From Escherichia phage Pollock, in sequence record NC_027381.1: 64,000 bases of DNA; one strand, written 5' to 3'. This document shows positions 25,038-34,800 of this stretch, one piece after another (the first letter of the stretch is position 1; the number at the start of each line of letters is the position of its first letter). The translations under genes were made by a program, and so were the position numbers. The notes below the pieces were generated by a model that saw nothing but the letters and a program-made list of their open reading frames with translations, did no database searches and was not told where the DNA came from.

Positions 25038-25670
25038 ATGTCTGTACGCTTAACTAATGCTGCTCGTGATGAAATTATAAAAGCTGCCCTAGATAAATCT
25101 GGTTTTCCTGAACGTCTCAAAGAAGCCCGAGATGAAGTAGAAAAAGTTAAAATGGAATGTCTGATTGCATCTTTTGGTGGGTTAAAAGCATATCGTCGTA
25201 TTTGCGATAAATTTAAAACTATTGAAGATAAAATTGATGCTCTCTCTAAAGAAGGAATCTTAGTTAAATCTTCTCGTGATTACAGTACTTGGAATGCAGA
25301 TAAAATGAATTTGGGGGGTATGAATGTGTACTATCCAAATCATTCTGCATTAAGTGGTGAGTTTGAAGATTTGATGATAATCCATTTAAGTAATGGAGTA
25401 AAACCAACTTTACCTGCTGATAATTCTTTGGTTCAAAAATTTCTTGATGCAGAAGCAAAAGTAAAAGAACTGGATTCTAGTATTAAAACTATTAGAGAAA
25501 ACGTAAGAGCAGTAGTTTATTCAGTAACTACTGTTAAACGTTTAATTGAAGTATGGCCTGAATCTGCGGAATTAATCCCAAAGGAAGTTGAAGTAGTCCG
25601 TGCAGGACTACCAGCAATTAATTTCGAAAGTCTTAATGCTGCTATCGGTATTCCCTCTAAAAAGGCTTAA
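25038..25670 (+). CDS. Hypothetical protein, 210 aa
   Basis: ORF only. Confidence 0.45.
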   Translation: MSVRLTNAARDEIIKAALDKSGFPERLKEARDEVEKVKMECLIASFGGLKAYRRICDKFKTIEDKIDALSKEGILVKSSRDYSTWNADKMNLGGMNVYYPNHSALSGEFEDLMIIHLSNGVKPTLPADNSLVQKFLDAEAKVKELDSSIKTIRENVRAVVYSVTTVKRLIEVWPESAELIPKEVEVVRAGLPAINFESLNAAIGIPSKKA

Positions 25671-25672
25671 TC

Positions 25673-26659
25673 ATGAAGTTAACCAATAACACTAACATCG
25701 CATTGTCGATGGCAGTATGGTTAGCTCAAGATGATTATGACTATATTGAAAAACCTAACTACATCTCTGCTACCAGTCTATTAAAGAGTGTTCGACAGTT
25801 AGTTCTAATGAAACGTCTTACAAGCGTTTCTAACGCATCAACTGATGTAGCTGACCGAATCTCTAATCGTATGGGTTCTGCCTTTCATGATGCGATTGAA
25901 AGAGCGTGGAAGGGTAATTATCAACAGTCTCTTAATGCTCTTGGTTATCCAAAAAGGGTTATTGAATCAATTCGTATTAACCCAACTCCTGAAGAGTTAA
26001 ATGAAGATGTAATTCCTATTTGGTTAGAACAGCGGGTTGAAAAGGAATTCAAAGGATGGATTATCGGAGGAAAGTTCGACATGGTTATGGAATATCGCTT
26101 AAGAGATGTTAAGTCTACTAGCGTATTCACATACATGAACAAATCCAATGATGAAAAATTCCGTATACAAGGAAGTATTTATCGTTGGCTCAATCCAGAA
26201 AAAATCAAACATGATTACATGTACATAGATTATCTCTTTACTGATTGGTCAGCTAATCAAGCCAAAAGTAATAAGGATTACCCACAGCAGAAGATTTTAG
26301 AATACCCCTTACAGTTGAAATCAGTACATGAAACGGAGCAGTATATTGCCTCCAAACTTGCTGCTTTGGAGAAGTATAAAGACTCTCCTGAACCAGAGTT
26401 ACCTGAATGTACAGAAGAAGAGTTATGGCGTGCTAAACCAGTTTATAAGTACTACAAAAATCCTAATTCAACGGGACGTAGTACAAAGAACTTTGACAAC
26501 CTGCACGATGCCAATTTGAGATTAGCTCAGGATGGTGGAGTAGGAATTGTTGTTACAGTTCCGGGTGAAGTTAAAGCTTGTAAACACTGTCCTGTCTATT
26601 CTCTTTGTACACAAAAAGATAGGTATCTGGCATCAGGAGAACTTGTCATTTCAGATTGA
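25673..26659 (+). CDS. Putative PD-(D/E)XK-type nuclease with C-terminal Cys cluster
   Basis: D...E-x-K-like segment GGKFDMVMEYRLRDVKS; C-terminal CKHCPVYSLC plus upstream PECTEEE Cys; placement in the replication module. Family assignment uncertain. Confidence 0.35.
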   Translation: MKLTNNTNIALSMAVWLAQDDYDYIEKPNYISATSLLKSVRQLVLMKRLTSVSNASTDVADRISNRMGSAFHDAIERAWKGNYQQSLNALGYPKRVIESIRINPTPEELNEDVIPIWLEQRVEKEFKGWIIGGKFDMVMEYRLRDVKSTSVFTYMNKSNDEKFRIQGSIYRWLNPEKIKHDYMYIDYLFTDWSANQAKSNKDYPQQKILEYPLQLKSVHETEQYIASKLAALEKYKDSPEPELPECTEEELWRAKPVYKYYKNPNSTGRSTKNFDNLHDANLRLAQDGGVGIVVTVPGEVKACKHCPVYSLCTQKDRYLASGELVISD

Positions 26660-28830
26660 GGAATCCAATGTTTGACCTATCATCAGCCACATACCATCCA
26701 ATCTCAGAAGAGATTGTAGATGTGCTATGTAAAAAAACCCTTAATAGTAATCGCTTGTTCTTTAGAGTTCAGGTTAGTTACTTTCTGGCTAAGATGGCAT
26801 CCAGTATGCGTTGTACTCTGGATACATTAGACAGAGGAAAGATTCCTGTTAATGTTTATGCCCTTAACTTAGCTCCATCAGGTTCAGGTAAAGGGCATTC
26901 CACTAATATCATTGAAGGTCAGTTCCTGAATCAATTTAAGGGTACTTTCCTTCAGGATACATTTCCATATATAGCTAAACAGAATCTTATAGATGTAGCT
27001 GCTAAAAGAGCAGGTAAAAATGGTACAGACCCAGCAGATGAACTTGTTAAGGTAGAAAAGGAATTTGCTAGTACGGGTGCTTTAGCATTTTCGTTTGATA
27101 GTGGTACTGTTCCTGCCCTTAAACAATTACGTCATAAGTTACTTTTAGCAGGAATTGGTGCTGCATCTTTTGAATGTGATGAGTTAGGTAAAAACTTAAT
27201 TGCAAACATGGATTTGTTAACAGCTTTTTTAGAGTTGTATGACCAAGGACTTATCAAACAAAAGTTAACCAAAAATACAGCAGACTCTCAACGAATGGAG
27301 GAATTAGAGGGGAAAACCCCAACTAATATGCTTCTGTTTGGTACTCCAAATAGTTTGCTGAATGGTGGTAAAGAAGAAGATGAATTCTATGCATTGTTAA
27401 TAGCAGGCTATGCAAGACGTTGTTTATTTGGATATTCTCGTAAAGAGGATTTTCAAAAAGACATGTCTCCTGAAGAAGTCTTCGATATGCTTACCGATTC
27501 TACGTCTAATGCTACTGTAGCTAGACTATCTCAGCATTTTGGTATGTTGGCTGATGTAGCCAAATATAACCAACATATAGCAGTTAACAGAGATGTAAGT
27601 ATTAAACTTATTGCTTATAAACTTCACTGCGAACAAATAGCTGATAAGCTTCCTGACCATGAAGAAATTCGTAAAGCTGAATTACGACACCGTTATTTCA
27701 AAGCATTGAAGTTAGCAGGCGTATATGCATTTGTAGATGAAACTCCAGAAGTAACTGAAACTCAATTACTATCTGCAATTAAATTAGTTGAAGAGTCTGG
27801 TGAAGCTTTTAATAAAATTCTCAGTCGTGAGAAGAATTATGTGAAGCTTGCTAATTATATTGCAGAAATAGGAAAAGAAGTTACTCATGTAGATTTGGTA
27901 GAAGACTTACCATTCTATAAAGGGAGTAATGCACAGAAGCAAGAGCTTATGAATTTGGCTATTGCTTATGGGTATAAGCATCACATTATTATTAAGAAAA
28001 CATATATTGATGGTATTGAGTTCTTTAAAGGTGAAGCTCTTAAACCAACTGACCTCAATAAACTTATTGTTTCTTATAGTAATCATATAGCCTATAACTA
28101 TCTCTCAGAGACGATATCCTTTAGTAACCTAGAATCCTTATGCAAGATGGAAGACATGCATTGGATTAATCATGCATTGGTTAAAGGTGCTAGTGGGGAT
28201 GGTCACAGAGAAGGTGGAAATATCATTCCTGGTTTTAATGTTATCGTCATTGATGTTGATGGAGGAACATCTCTGGATGAAGTTAGAGTATTGATGAAAG
28301 ACTATACGTATATCATCCATACTACTAAACGGCATCAAACAGAAGGATATGGCGATAGATTCAGATTAATTATACCTATCAACTATCATCTAAAATTAGA
28401 TGAGAATGAATTCAAAGAATTTATGTCAAATATCTTTGAATGGCTTCCATTTAAAGTAGATGAACAGACTAGTCAACGTGCTCGTAAATGGGCAACACAT
28501 CCGGGTATTTCATTTTCTAATGAAGGTGAAATCTTAGATGCTTTAGCTTTCATTCCAAAAACCAGTAAGAATGATGAGCTAAAGAAAACTATGGTTGATT
28601 TAGGTAATCTGGATAATCTTGAACGTTGGTTTGCTCAACGTATGGGCAACGGAAACCGAAACAATCAACTGCTAAAATTTGCTATGATGCTTGCAGATAC
28701 TGGTATGAATTATCAAGATATTCTGCATAAGGTAATTGATTTCAATTCTAAATTGAGTAATAGCCTTCCAGAGATTGAAATCCATAACACTATCATGCGT
28801 AGCGTCAGCAAAAAGTTATCAGAAAAATAA
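26656..28830 (+). CDS. Replication protein with primase-polymerase (AEP)-like C-terminal domain
   Basis: C-terminal NVIVIDVDGG ... YIIHTTKRH ... motifs resemble AEP primase-polymerase motifs I and II; 724 aa; in the replication module. Confidence 0.45.
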   Translation: MRNPMFDLSSATYHPISEEIVDVLCKKTLNSNRLFFRVQVSYFLAKMASSMRCTLDTLDRGKIPVNVYALNLAPSGSGKGHSTNIIEGQFLNQFKGTFLQDTFPYIAKQNLIDVAAKRAGKNGTDPADELVKVEKEFASTGALAFSFDSGTVPALKQLRHKLLLAGIGAASFECDELGKNLIANMDLLTAFLELYDQGLIKQKLTKNTADSQRMEELEGKTPTNMLLFGTPNSLLNGGKEEDEFYALLIAGYARRCLFGYSRKEDFQKDMSPEEVFDMLTDSTSNATVARLSQHFGMLADVAKYNQHIAVNRDVSIKLIAYKLHCEQIADKLPDHEEIRKAELRHRYFKALKLAGVYAFVDETPEVTETQLLSAIKLVEESGEAFNKILSREKNYVKLANYIAEIGKEVTHVDLVEDLPFYKGSNAQKQELMNLAIAYGYKHHIIIKKTYIDGIEFFKGEALKPTDLNKLIVSYSNHIAYNYLSETISFSNLESLCKMEDMHWINHALVKGASGDGHREGGNIIPGFNVIVIDVDGGTSLDEVRVLMKDYTYIIHTTKRHQTEGYGDRFRLIIPINYHLKLDENEFKEFMSNIFEWLPFKVDEQTSQRARKWATHPGISFSNEGEILDALAFIPKTSKNDELKKTMVDLGNLDNLERWFAQRMGNGNRNNQLLKFAMMLADTGMNYQDILHKVIDFNSKLSNSLPEIEIHNTIMRSVSKKLSEK

Positions 28831-28855
28831 CCCCTTAATTGGGGTTTTCTTATTT
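28829..28855 (+). terminator. Rho-independent terminator
   Basis: aacccc-ttaatt-ggggtt stem-loop followed by a T-rich run. Confidence 0.7.
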
Positions 28856-28869
28856 AAGCAGGAGATACA

Positions 28870-29598
28870 ATGTCAGAACCAATTAAAGATTTGGTATTGA
28901 TTGCAGGTGCATCCTCTTCAGGTAAATCATCTTCATTGATGAATTTGCCAGACCATCCGGGAGTGATGTATTTAAACTGTGAATCAGGTAAACGTCTGCC
29001 ATTTCCAAACAAGTTTGATAAATATGTAATCACTGACCCACTTCAAGTATACGAAGCATTTGATGCTGCTGAACAGATGCCTCATATTCATACCATTGTT
29101 GTAGATTCACTTACATTCTTGATGGATATGTTTGAATCTCTTTATGTAGTTGGTTCTACCAATACCATGAAGGGATGGGCAGATTATAACCAATATTTTA
29201 AAAACTTGATGCAGGATAAAGTAGCTAAGTCTACTAAACGTGTAATTTTCACTGCTCATACTCTATCTCAATTAAATGAGAATGAGATGATTATTGAAAC
29301 TAAAATTCCGATTAAAGGTGCTTTAAAGAACCAAGGAATTGAAGCGTATTTTACCTGCATTGTTTATGCCAAGAAGATGCAGCTTAAGCATCTGAAACCA
29401 TATGAAAATGACTTATTAGTCATTACTCCTGAAGAGGAAATTCTTGGCTATAAGCATGTATTTCAAACATGTATCACTAAAGATACTGTGCATGAACGTA
29501 TTCGTTCTCCACGCTTTATGTGGAAGATGAATGAAAGTTTCATTGATAATGATGTAACTAAAGTATTGGACCGTATTAAAGAATTCTACGAAGAGTAA
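28870..29598 (+). CDS. RecA-fold P-loop NTPase (AAA_24/Sak4-like)
   Basis: Walker A AGASSSGKSS near the N-terminus, Walker B-like IVVDSLTFLMD; about 240 aa as typical for phage Sak4-type ATPases. Confidence 0.5.
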   Translation: MSEPIKDLVLIAGASSSGKSSSLMNLPDHPGVMYLNCESGKRLPFPNKFDKYVITDPLQVYEAFDAAEQMPHIHTIVVDSLTFLMDMFESLYVVGSTNTMKGWADYNQYFKNLMQDKVAKSTKRVIFTAHTLSQLNENEMIIETKIPIKGALKNQGIEAYFTCIVYAKKMQLKHLKPYENDLLVITPEEEILGYKHVFQTCITKDTVHERIRSPRFMWKMNESFIDNDVTKVLDRIKEFYEE

Positions 29599-29607
29599 GG
29601 AATAAAT

Positions 29608-30348
29608 ATGTCTCTGTTAAAAAATCTGGAAACTAAAGCTGGTGTTGAAGGTGAAAAGGATACCCTAGGTGGAGGTGGTGTACTTGACTCTGGTCTGTAT
29701 GACCTGATTGTAAAAGTAGCTTATATCTCTGCTTCTAGTGGTGGTGCTTTAGCTCTAAATACTATCTTTGATTATGATGGTAAAGAAGTACGTCAGCAGT
29801 TCTGGATGACTTCTGGCAATGATAAAGGCAATAAGAACACCTATATCGGTAAAGATAATAAAGAACATTATCTACCGGGTTTCTTAGCTGCTAATAGTTT
29901 GGCTCTTTTGACTGTTGGTAAAGAAATTAGCCAACTGGAATTGGAAGAGAAAACTATCAAGCTGTATGACTATGAGGCTAAAGCTGAAGTACCTACTAAG
30001 GTACAGGTATTTGTTGAATTAACTGGTCAAAAAATTACTGCTGGTATTCAGAAACAGACCGTTGATAAGAACATTGATTCTGGTCAGGTTGACGGTAATG
30101 GTAGAAAAATTTATGTAGCATCTGGTGAAACTCGTGATATTAACGAAGTAGTTAAATTCTTCCGTCACGATGATGGTTTGACTGTACCTGAAATTGAAGC
30201 TGGTAAAACTGAGGCTCAATTTAAAAATGATTGGGATGCTAAATTTACTGGTAAAACCATCAATAAAGCTAAAGGCTCTAAGGATGGTGTAACAGCAGGT
30301 GCTCCATCAGCAACAGCAAAACCAACTAAATCCCTATTTGCTAAATAA
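29608..30348 (+). CDS. Putative single-stranded DNA-binding protein (by position; N4 SSB analog)
   Basis: Gly/Lys-rich 246-aa protein between replication genes and the vRNAP gene; ends in tail KPTKSLFAK shared with ORF 31002; strong terminator follows. No direct OB-fold motif recognised. Confidence 0.4.
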   Translation: MSLLKNLETKAGVEGEKDTLGGGGVLDSGLYDLIVKVAYISASSGGALALNTIFDYDGKEVRQQFWMTSGNDKGNKNTYIGKDNKEHYLPGFLAANSLALLTVGKEISQLELEEKTIKLYDYEAKAEVPTKVQVFVELTGQKITAGIQKQTVDKNIDSGQVDGNGRKIYVASGETRDINEVVKFFRHDDGLTVPEIEAGKTEAQFKNDWDAKFTGKTINKAKGSKDGVTAGAPSATAKPTKSLFAK

Positions 30349-30352
30349 AAAA

Positions 30353-30377
30353 GAAGCCCTCTACGGAGGGCTTTTTA
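30353..30377 (+). terminator. Rho-independent terminator
   Basis: aagccctc-tac-ggagggctt stem-loop followed by TTTT. Confidence 0.75.
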
Positions 30378-30389
30378 ATAGGTATTTTT

Positions 30390-30623
30390 ATGACAATCAA
30401 AGTAAGAATGTTCCAAAATGTCTCTGGTACAGCTTATCAGAAAGTGTCATATAAAATCATTCAAGGGATTATAGAAAATCCTAATGATAAAGAAATTGAT
30501 GTTCTTCTTACTGGTTGGGAACATGCTAGTTCTAAATCAGTAATGAGAACTAAAATTTTACAACAACTAGAGTGGTTTAAGTCTCAAGGGTACACTGTCA
30601 TTTTTAATAATGAGAGACTTTAA
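30390..30623 (+). CDS. Hypothetical protein, 77 aa
   Basis: ORF only. Confidence 0.4.
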   Translation: MTIKVRMFQNVSGTAYQKVSYKIIQGIIENPNDKEIDVLLTGWEHASSKSVMRTKILQQLEWFKSQGYTVIFNNERL

Positions 30624-30625
30624 TC

Positions 30626-31009
30626 ATGTATAAACTTATTGCCCCTCTTCGAGTACACAAATCTAAAAATAAGTTATTTAGTCTCAATTTGAATGCATAC
30701 AGGAATGAGAATAGATTTGCTTTGGACAATGCCAAAGTTAATTTTAAAAAGGTTATGGAAGAACAAATTAGTGAGTTACCTGAGTTCACTAAAGTTCATA
30801 TTACATATGTCTTTTATCCTGGAACCAAACATTTAAGTGATATTGGTAATGCGTGCTCGATAGTTGATAAGTTTTTTGCAGATGCTTTAGTTGAACTAGG
30901 GAAACTCCCAGATGACAATTATCTTTATATTCCTGAATTGGTTTTTCGGTTTGGGGCTGTAGACCAAAAAAATCCACGAGTAGAAATCTTTATTAAGGAA
31001 ATTGAATAA
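30626..31009 (+). CDS. RusA-like Holliday junction resolvase
   Basis: SDIGNACSIVDKFFADALVELGKLPDDNYL aligns with the RusA catalytic region [25 protein letters not shown]; about 125 aa. Confidence 0.6.
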   Translation: MYKLIAPLRVHKSKNKLFSLNLNAYRNENRFALDNAKVNFKKVMEEQISELPEFTKVHITYVFYPGTKHLSDIGNACSIVDKFFADALVELGKLPDDNYLYIPELVFRFGAVDQKNPRVEIFIKEIE

Positions 31010-31433
31010 TATGCAAATTACTCTGAACCAAGATGAAATTCTTGAAGCTCTGAAGAACTATGCTTTCTCTGTTATCAACGTAGCTCCGGGTAATGATATT
31101 ACTATCGACCTGAAAGCTGGTCGTGGTGAGAACGGATATTCTGCTACTTTAGAAATTACTCCTCAACGTAAAGAAGTAAAAACTTCCAACGTACATACAG
31201 GTTCTACTGAAAATACTGTAGGACTTCGTACAGAAGTTGTAGAACGTACTGTTGAATCTGATAAAAGAGTTATGCATGAAGTAACTCCAGAACTTCCAGT
31301 AGAAGGAGTAGACATTATAGATACTGAAGCTAAAGACCCTGCTGCAGACATGACTGAAGAAGAAGTTGATGCAGAAGTAGATGCATTTATGGCTACCCAG
31401 AATCCAACTAAATCACTCTTCGCTCGTAATTAA
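31002..31433 (+). CDS. Acidic hypothetical protein with SSB-like C-terminal tail
   Basis: Asp/Glu-rich; C-terminus NPTKSLFARN nearly identical to the C-terminus of ORF 29608. Confidence 0.45.
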   Translation: MNNMQITLNQDEILEALKNYAFSVINVAPGNDITIDLKAGRGENGYSATLEITPQRKEVKTSNVHTGSTENTVGLRTEVVERTVESDKRVMHEVTPELPVEGVDIIDTEAKDPAADMTEEEVDAEVDAFMATQNPTKSLFARN

Positions 31434-31446
31434 TTAAGGAGCTAAA

Positions 31447-31596
31447 ATGAAAGCACTTAAAGCTGCTTTCATTACTGCTCTCATAGTAGGGGTCTTTTTT
31501 ACATGGCCCCTAGTATTAACAGTAGCTGTGATAGCAGGATTATTTTGGTTTATCTATATGGCTCTGATTCAAACAGAAGAGGAAGAAGATAATTGA
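31447..31596 (+). CDS. Small membrane protein, 49 aa (hand-called)
   Basis: Hydrophobic ALIVGVFFTWPLVLTVAVIAGLFWFIYMAL followed by an acidic tail. Confidence 0.3.
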   Translation: MKALKAAFITALIVGVFFTWPLVLTVAVIAGLFWFIYMALIQTEEEEDN

Positions 31597-31823
31597 TTGT
31601 TTGGATTGTAATTGGATTAATTGTAGTCATTTGTCGTCTATCAATTTTTAGACAAAATGACCCAAAAGTAAAGAAAACTATGAGGAATGTTAAAATAGCC
31701 TTTGAAGATGAAAGACTTTATTGGGCTATCATTACTCCTTCTTTAATATTTTGGAGCATTATACTAGCTATATTTTGGCCTGTTGTAGTGTATACAAGAT
31801 TTTTCTACAAACAGAAAAAATAA
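31593..31823 (+). CDS. Small membrane protein, 76 aa
   Basis: Two hydrophobic segments (IVWIVIGLIVVI and IITPSLIFWSIILAIFWPVVV). Confidence 0.35.
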   Translation: MIVWIVIGLIVVICRLSIFRQNDPKVKKTMRNVKIAFEDERLYWAIITPSLIFWSIILAIFWPVVVYTRFFYKQKK

Positions 31824-31828
31824 ATAAT

Positions 31829-31855
31829 AAGCCTCTTCCATGAGGCTTTTTCTTT
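31829..31855. terminator. Bidirectional terminator between convergent transcription units
   Basis: aagcctc-ttccatg-aggctt stem-loop flanked by an A-run upstream and a T-run downstream; sits between the plus-strand block and the minus-strand vRNAP gene. Confidence 0.7.
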
Positions 31856-34800
31856 TAGTACAGACTTACTAAAGGATGGATAGTAAATCCATTTAGTGCT
31901 GTACCCATTCCAACGTTATAACTTAAGCTACCTGTTGCTAAGTTTGCTTCCATGATATTAGGTAATCCAGATTCAGCAGTATTACCAAACATAAGGAATA
32001 ATGCTCTTAATGGGTTTTCCCTAATCGTTCTTAAGATAATTTTCTGAATACGAATCTTATAGTTTAAGAACCATGTTAAACCAATAGCATCCAAATAGAA
32101 TCTGGTGCGACTAGGTAATATGTCATAGTTCACAAACTCATCCATTACTCTATTCAATGCACTATCTTTATCCATTGGATTACGAGAACGAGTAGTTAAA
32201 TGCTTATATAGAGAGTATTTAGCAACGAAGTCACCATACTGAATTGAACGATTCAATAAGAAGTACACATTACTATCTCTAGATAAAGTGATTTCTTTAG
32301 CAACACGTTTAACACTATCTGGAATACCAGAAGTGTACTCATCCATTTTAGTAAGTAGTTTATCCTTCAAAGAGTAATCATCCTGCTGACCTAAATCTTC
32401 TGCGATAGTTGGTAACAAACCAGCTTTAATTAAATCAGCTACTGGGTTACGAGCTTGAGAATCTTTAAGTTCAGATATTTTTCTCTGATACTCTTCAGCC
32501 ATTCTTGGATTATGGTTTACAGCCAGATAATGAGAATACTCGTTAATTAATTTCTCATTTCTTCTGTACTCCTCAGCAGCCAGTACAGCAGTAGACATAT
32601 CTTTAGCCATAGTAATTGGGCTAATACCTACCGTAGCCAAATGTACCATGTTAGATAAGATATTCCCTGCGGATACAACTACTGAACGAACTACAATCCA
32701 GTCCTTCATTTCCTTCACAAATTCCATCAAACCACGTTCACCAAGTCTTAGATAGCGTGCAGCATTCTTACCTAAGAATGTTTCTGCAATGTTTACAAAT
32801 GCTTTCTGAAACTCTTTAGAGAAATTGGTTTGACCAGTCCATAGATTCAGTACAGAAGGTTCACGATAACCAAATGCATTATTCAGTAAATCCTTACGTA
32901 CTTTAATTTTCCCATTAGGCCAAATACGTTTGGCTGCTTCTTTCATCTCAATAGGCATCAGTTCATAGATTTCTTTTAACTGATGGTCTGTAGAGTTTTC
33001 ATCTATAGTGATGTATTGATATGCTTTTCCTTCTCTAGCATCCTTCTTATAGATTTCACCAAGTCTTTCTAAAAGCATCTCATTGTATTTGGCAGCCTGA
33101 ATCTCTTCAGCAATACGACCTTCCCAAGCAGCTAATACTTTAGTGAAGTCATTATCTACATTTAATTGAGCTTCTCTATTAGCTCTTGGCATTTGGTACG
33201 AGTATCCCATTATTGAACCAGCGCGGTTTAAAACAGGCTGCATCTGTCCATCATAGTTCTGAGGCATTGGTTTAGAAGCATCAAATAAATCATTGATAGC
33301 AGCTTGTTTATTAGCTGATACCTTGTTCTTTTCTGATGTCTTCCATGCACCCGGGGTCATAGAACCATTAACACTTCTGCCTGTAATTGGGTTTACTCCA
33401 CCTACGGTGCTTTGCAGGGTACTCATTACACCAGCAATCCAACGAGGTTCACCACCATTGTTAGAATGGTAGTAGTACATTGGAGTTTTATCTGTATCTG
33501 CTGGGTCACGTTTAACTTGAGCACCTCTGGTATAGCCTCTACGAGATAAGCTTGGTTCATCCTTAATGGATGCAATAATTACTTTTTTGTTTGGGTCAGT
33601 GATAGTAGGAGTAAATCCTTTAACTGCTGCCAAAGAATAGTTATTACCAGATTTAGCTAACTCAGCGCCTTTAAGGCTTTCATAGTATTTGAGAGTAAAA
33701 GTCATACCATTATTATCTGGTTCACCTTTAGTCATCTCTCTACTGATTACATTACTTACTGTTTCTTTATCTGCTTGAGATAATTCAGTAAGAGCACTCA
33801 ATGAAGCCAAGGTATCAATTAACTGAGTAGCTATTTCAACAGCATCATTTGATGGTCTTTCTCTACCAGTACCAATCAAACGTGCAATAGCAGCAGCATT
33901 TGATAATTGGTATGCCAGTGGAGATACTCCATGCACCATCTGTTTAGCTAAACCATGAGCAGATTTAATATAGAATGCAGAGTTTTGAGCACCTGCTTTT
34001 TGTAACTGAGATTCTATTAAATCTATCTCTTTAGCTAACTCATTTGGATTAGTTAATAATTCATTTAAACGAACCAAGTCATACCCATTAGCAAACAGGT
34101 ATGCCATATCTGTATTGGCAACTACTCTCTGAATAGCCTCTTTCTCATTTTGGTTTAAAGAAACAAACGTTTTTTCAATCATACCCGGAACCATCTCACG
34201 AATAATCTGACGTGCTCTATCAGCAGCCATATTTTTCTGAGTTAATAAGGTATGAATACTACTGTTGGTTTCATTAGAACCAATAAATTCATTAATGAGT
34301 TCAGCGATAGTACCTAGTTTTCCATCCTGATGAATGGTCATATAAATGTGAGTTATAGCCTCACGTACATCATGAGCATCTTGTTCATTAAATACTGCTG
34401 CTCCAACAGTAATACCAAATGCTACAGACTTAGGTACTTTCTTCTCTACTTTGCTTAACTGCTTACGAATAGAGTTACCAAAAGCTCTCAACCTATCTTG
34501 AGTAGCTTCAGTGATTTCTTCTGTACCTCTACCAATTCTGGTAAAGAGATTATCTCTTGCCTGACTATCTACATGACTAATGTTCTTAGCCAGTTTAGAT
34601 AAACGAGAAGCAATATTTGTATCTCTTAAAGATTTAGTAGCTAAGCCAGATAACCAAGTAAGAATCATATTAGTTAAATCACCAATACGTTCTCTAAGAG
34701 ATGTAGCCTGATTCTGTCTGGTACGTTTAACACTAATTTGAGACAGCTTATTTCTTAATTGTTCATTGGTTTCAGCCAATGCAATAAAGTTAGCAAGTCT

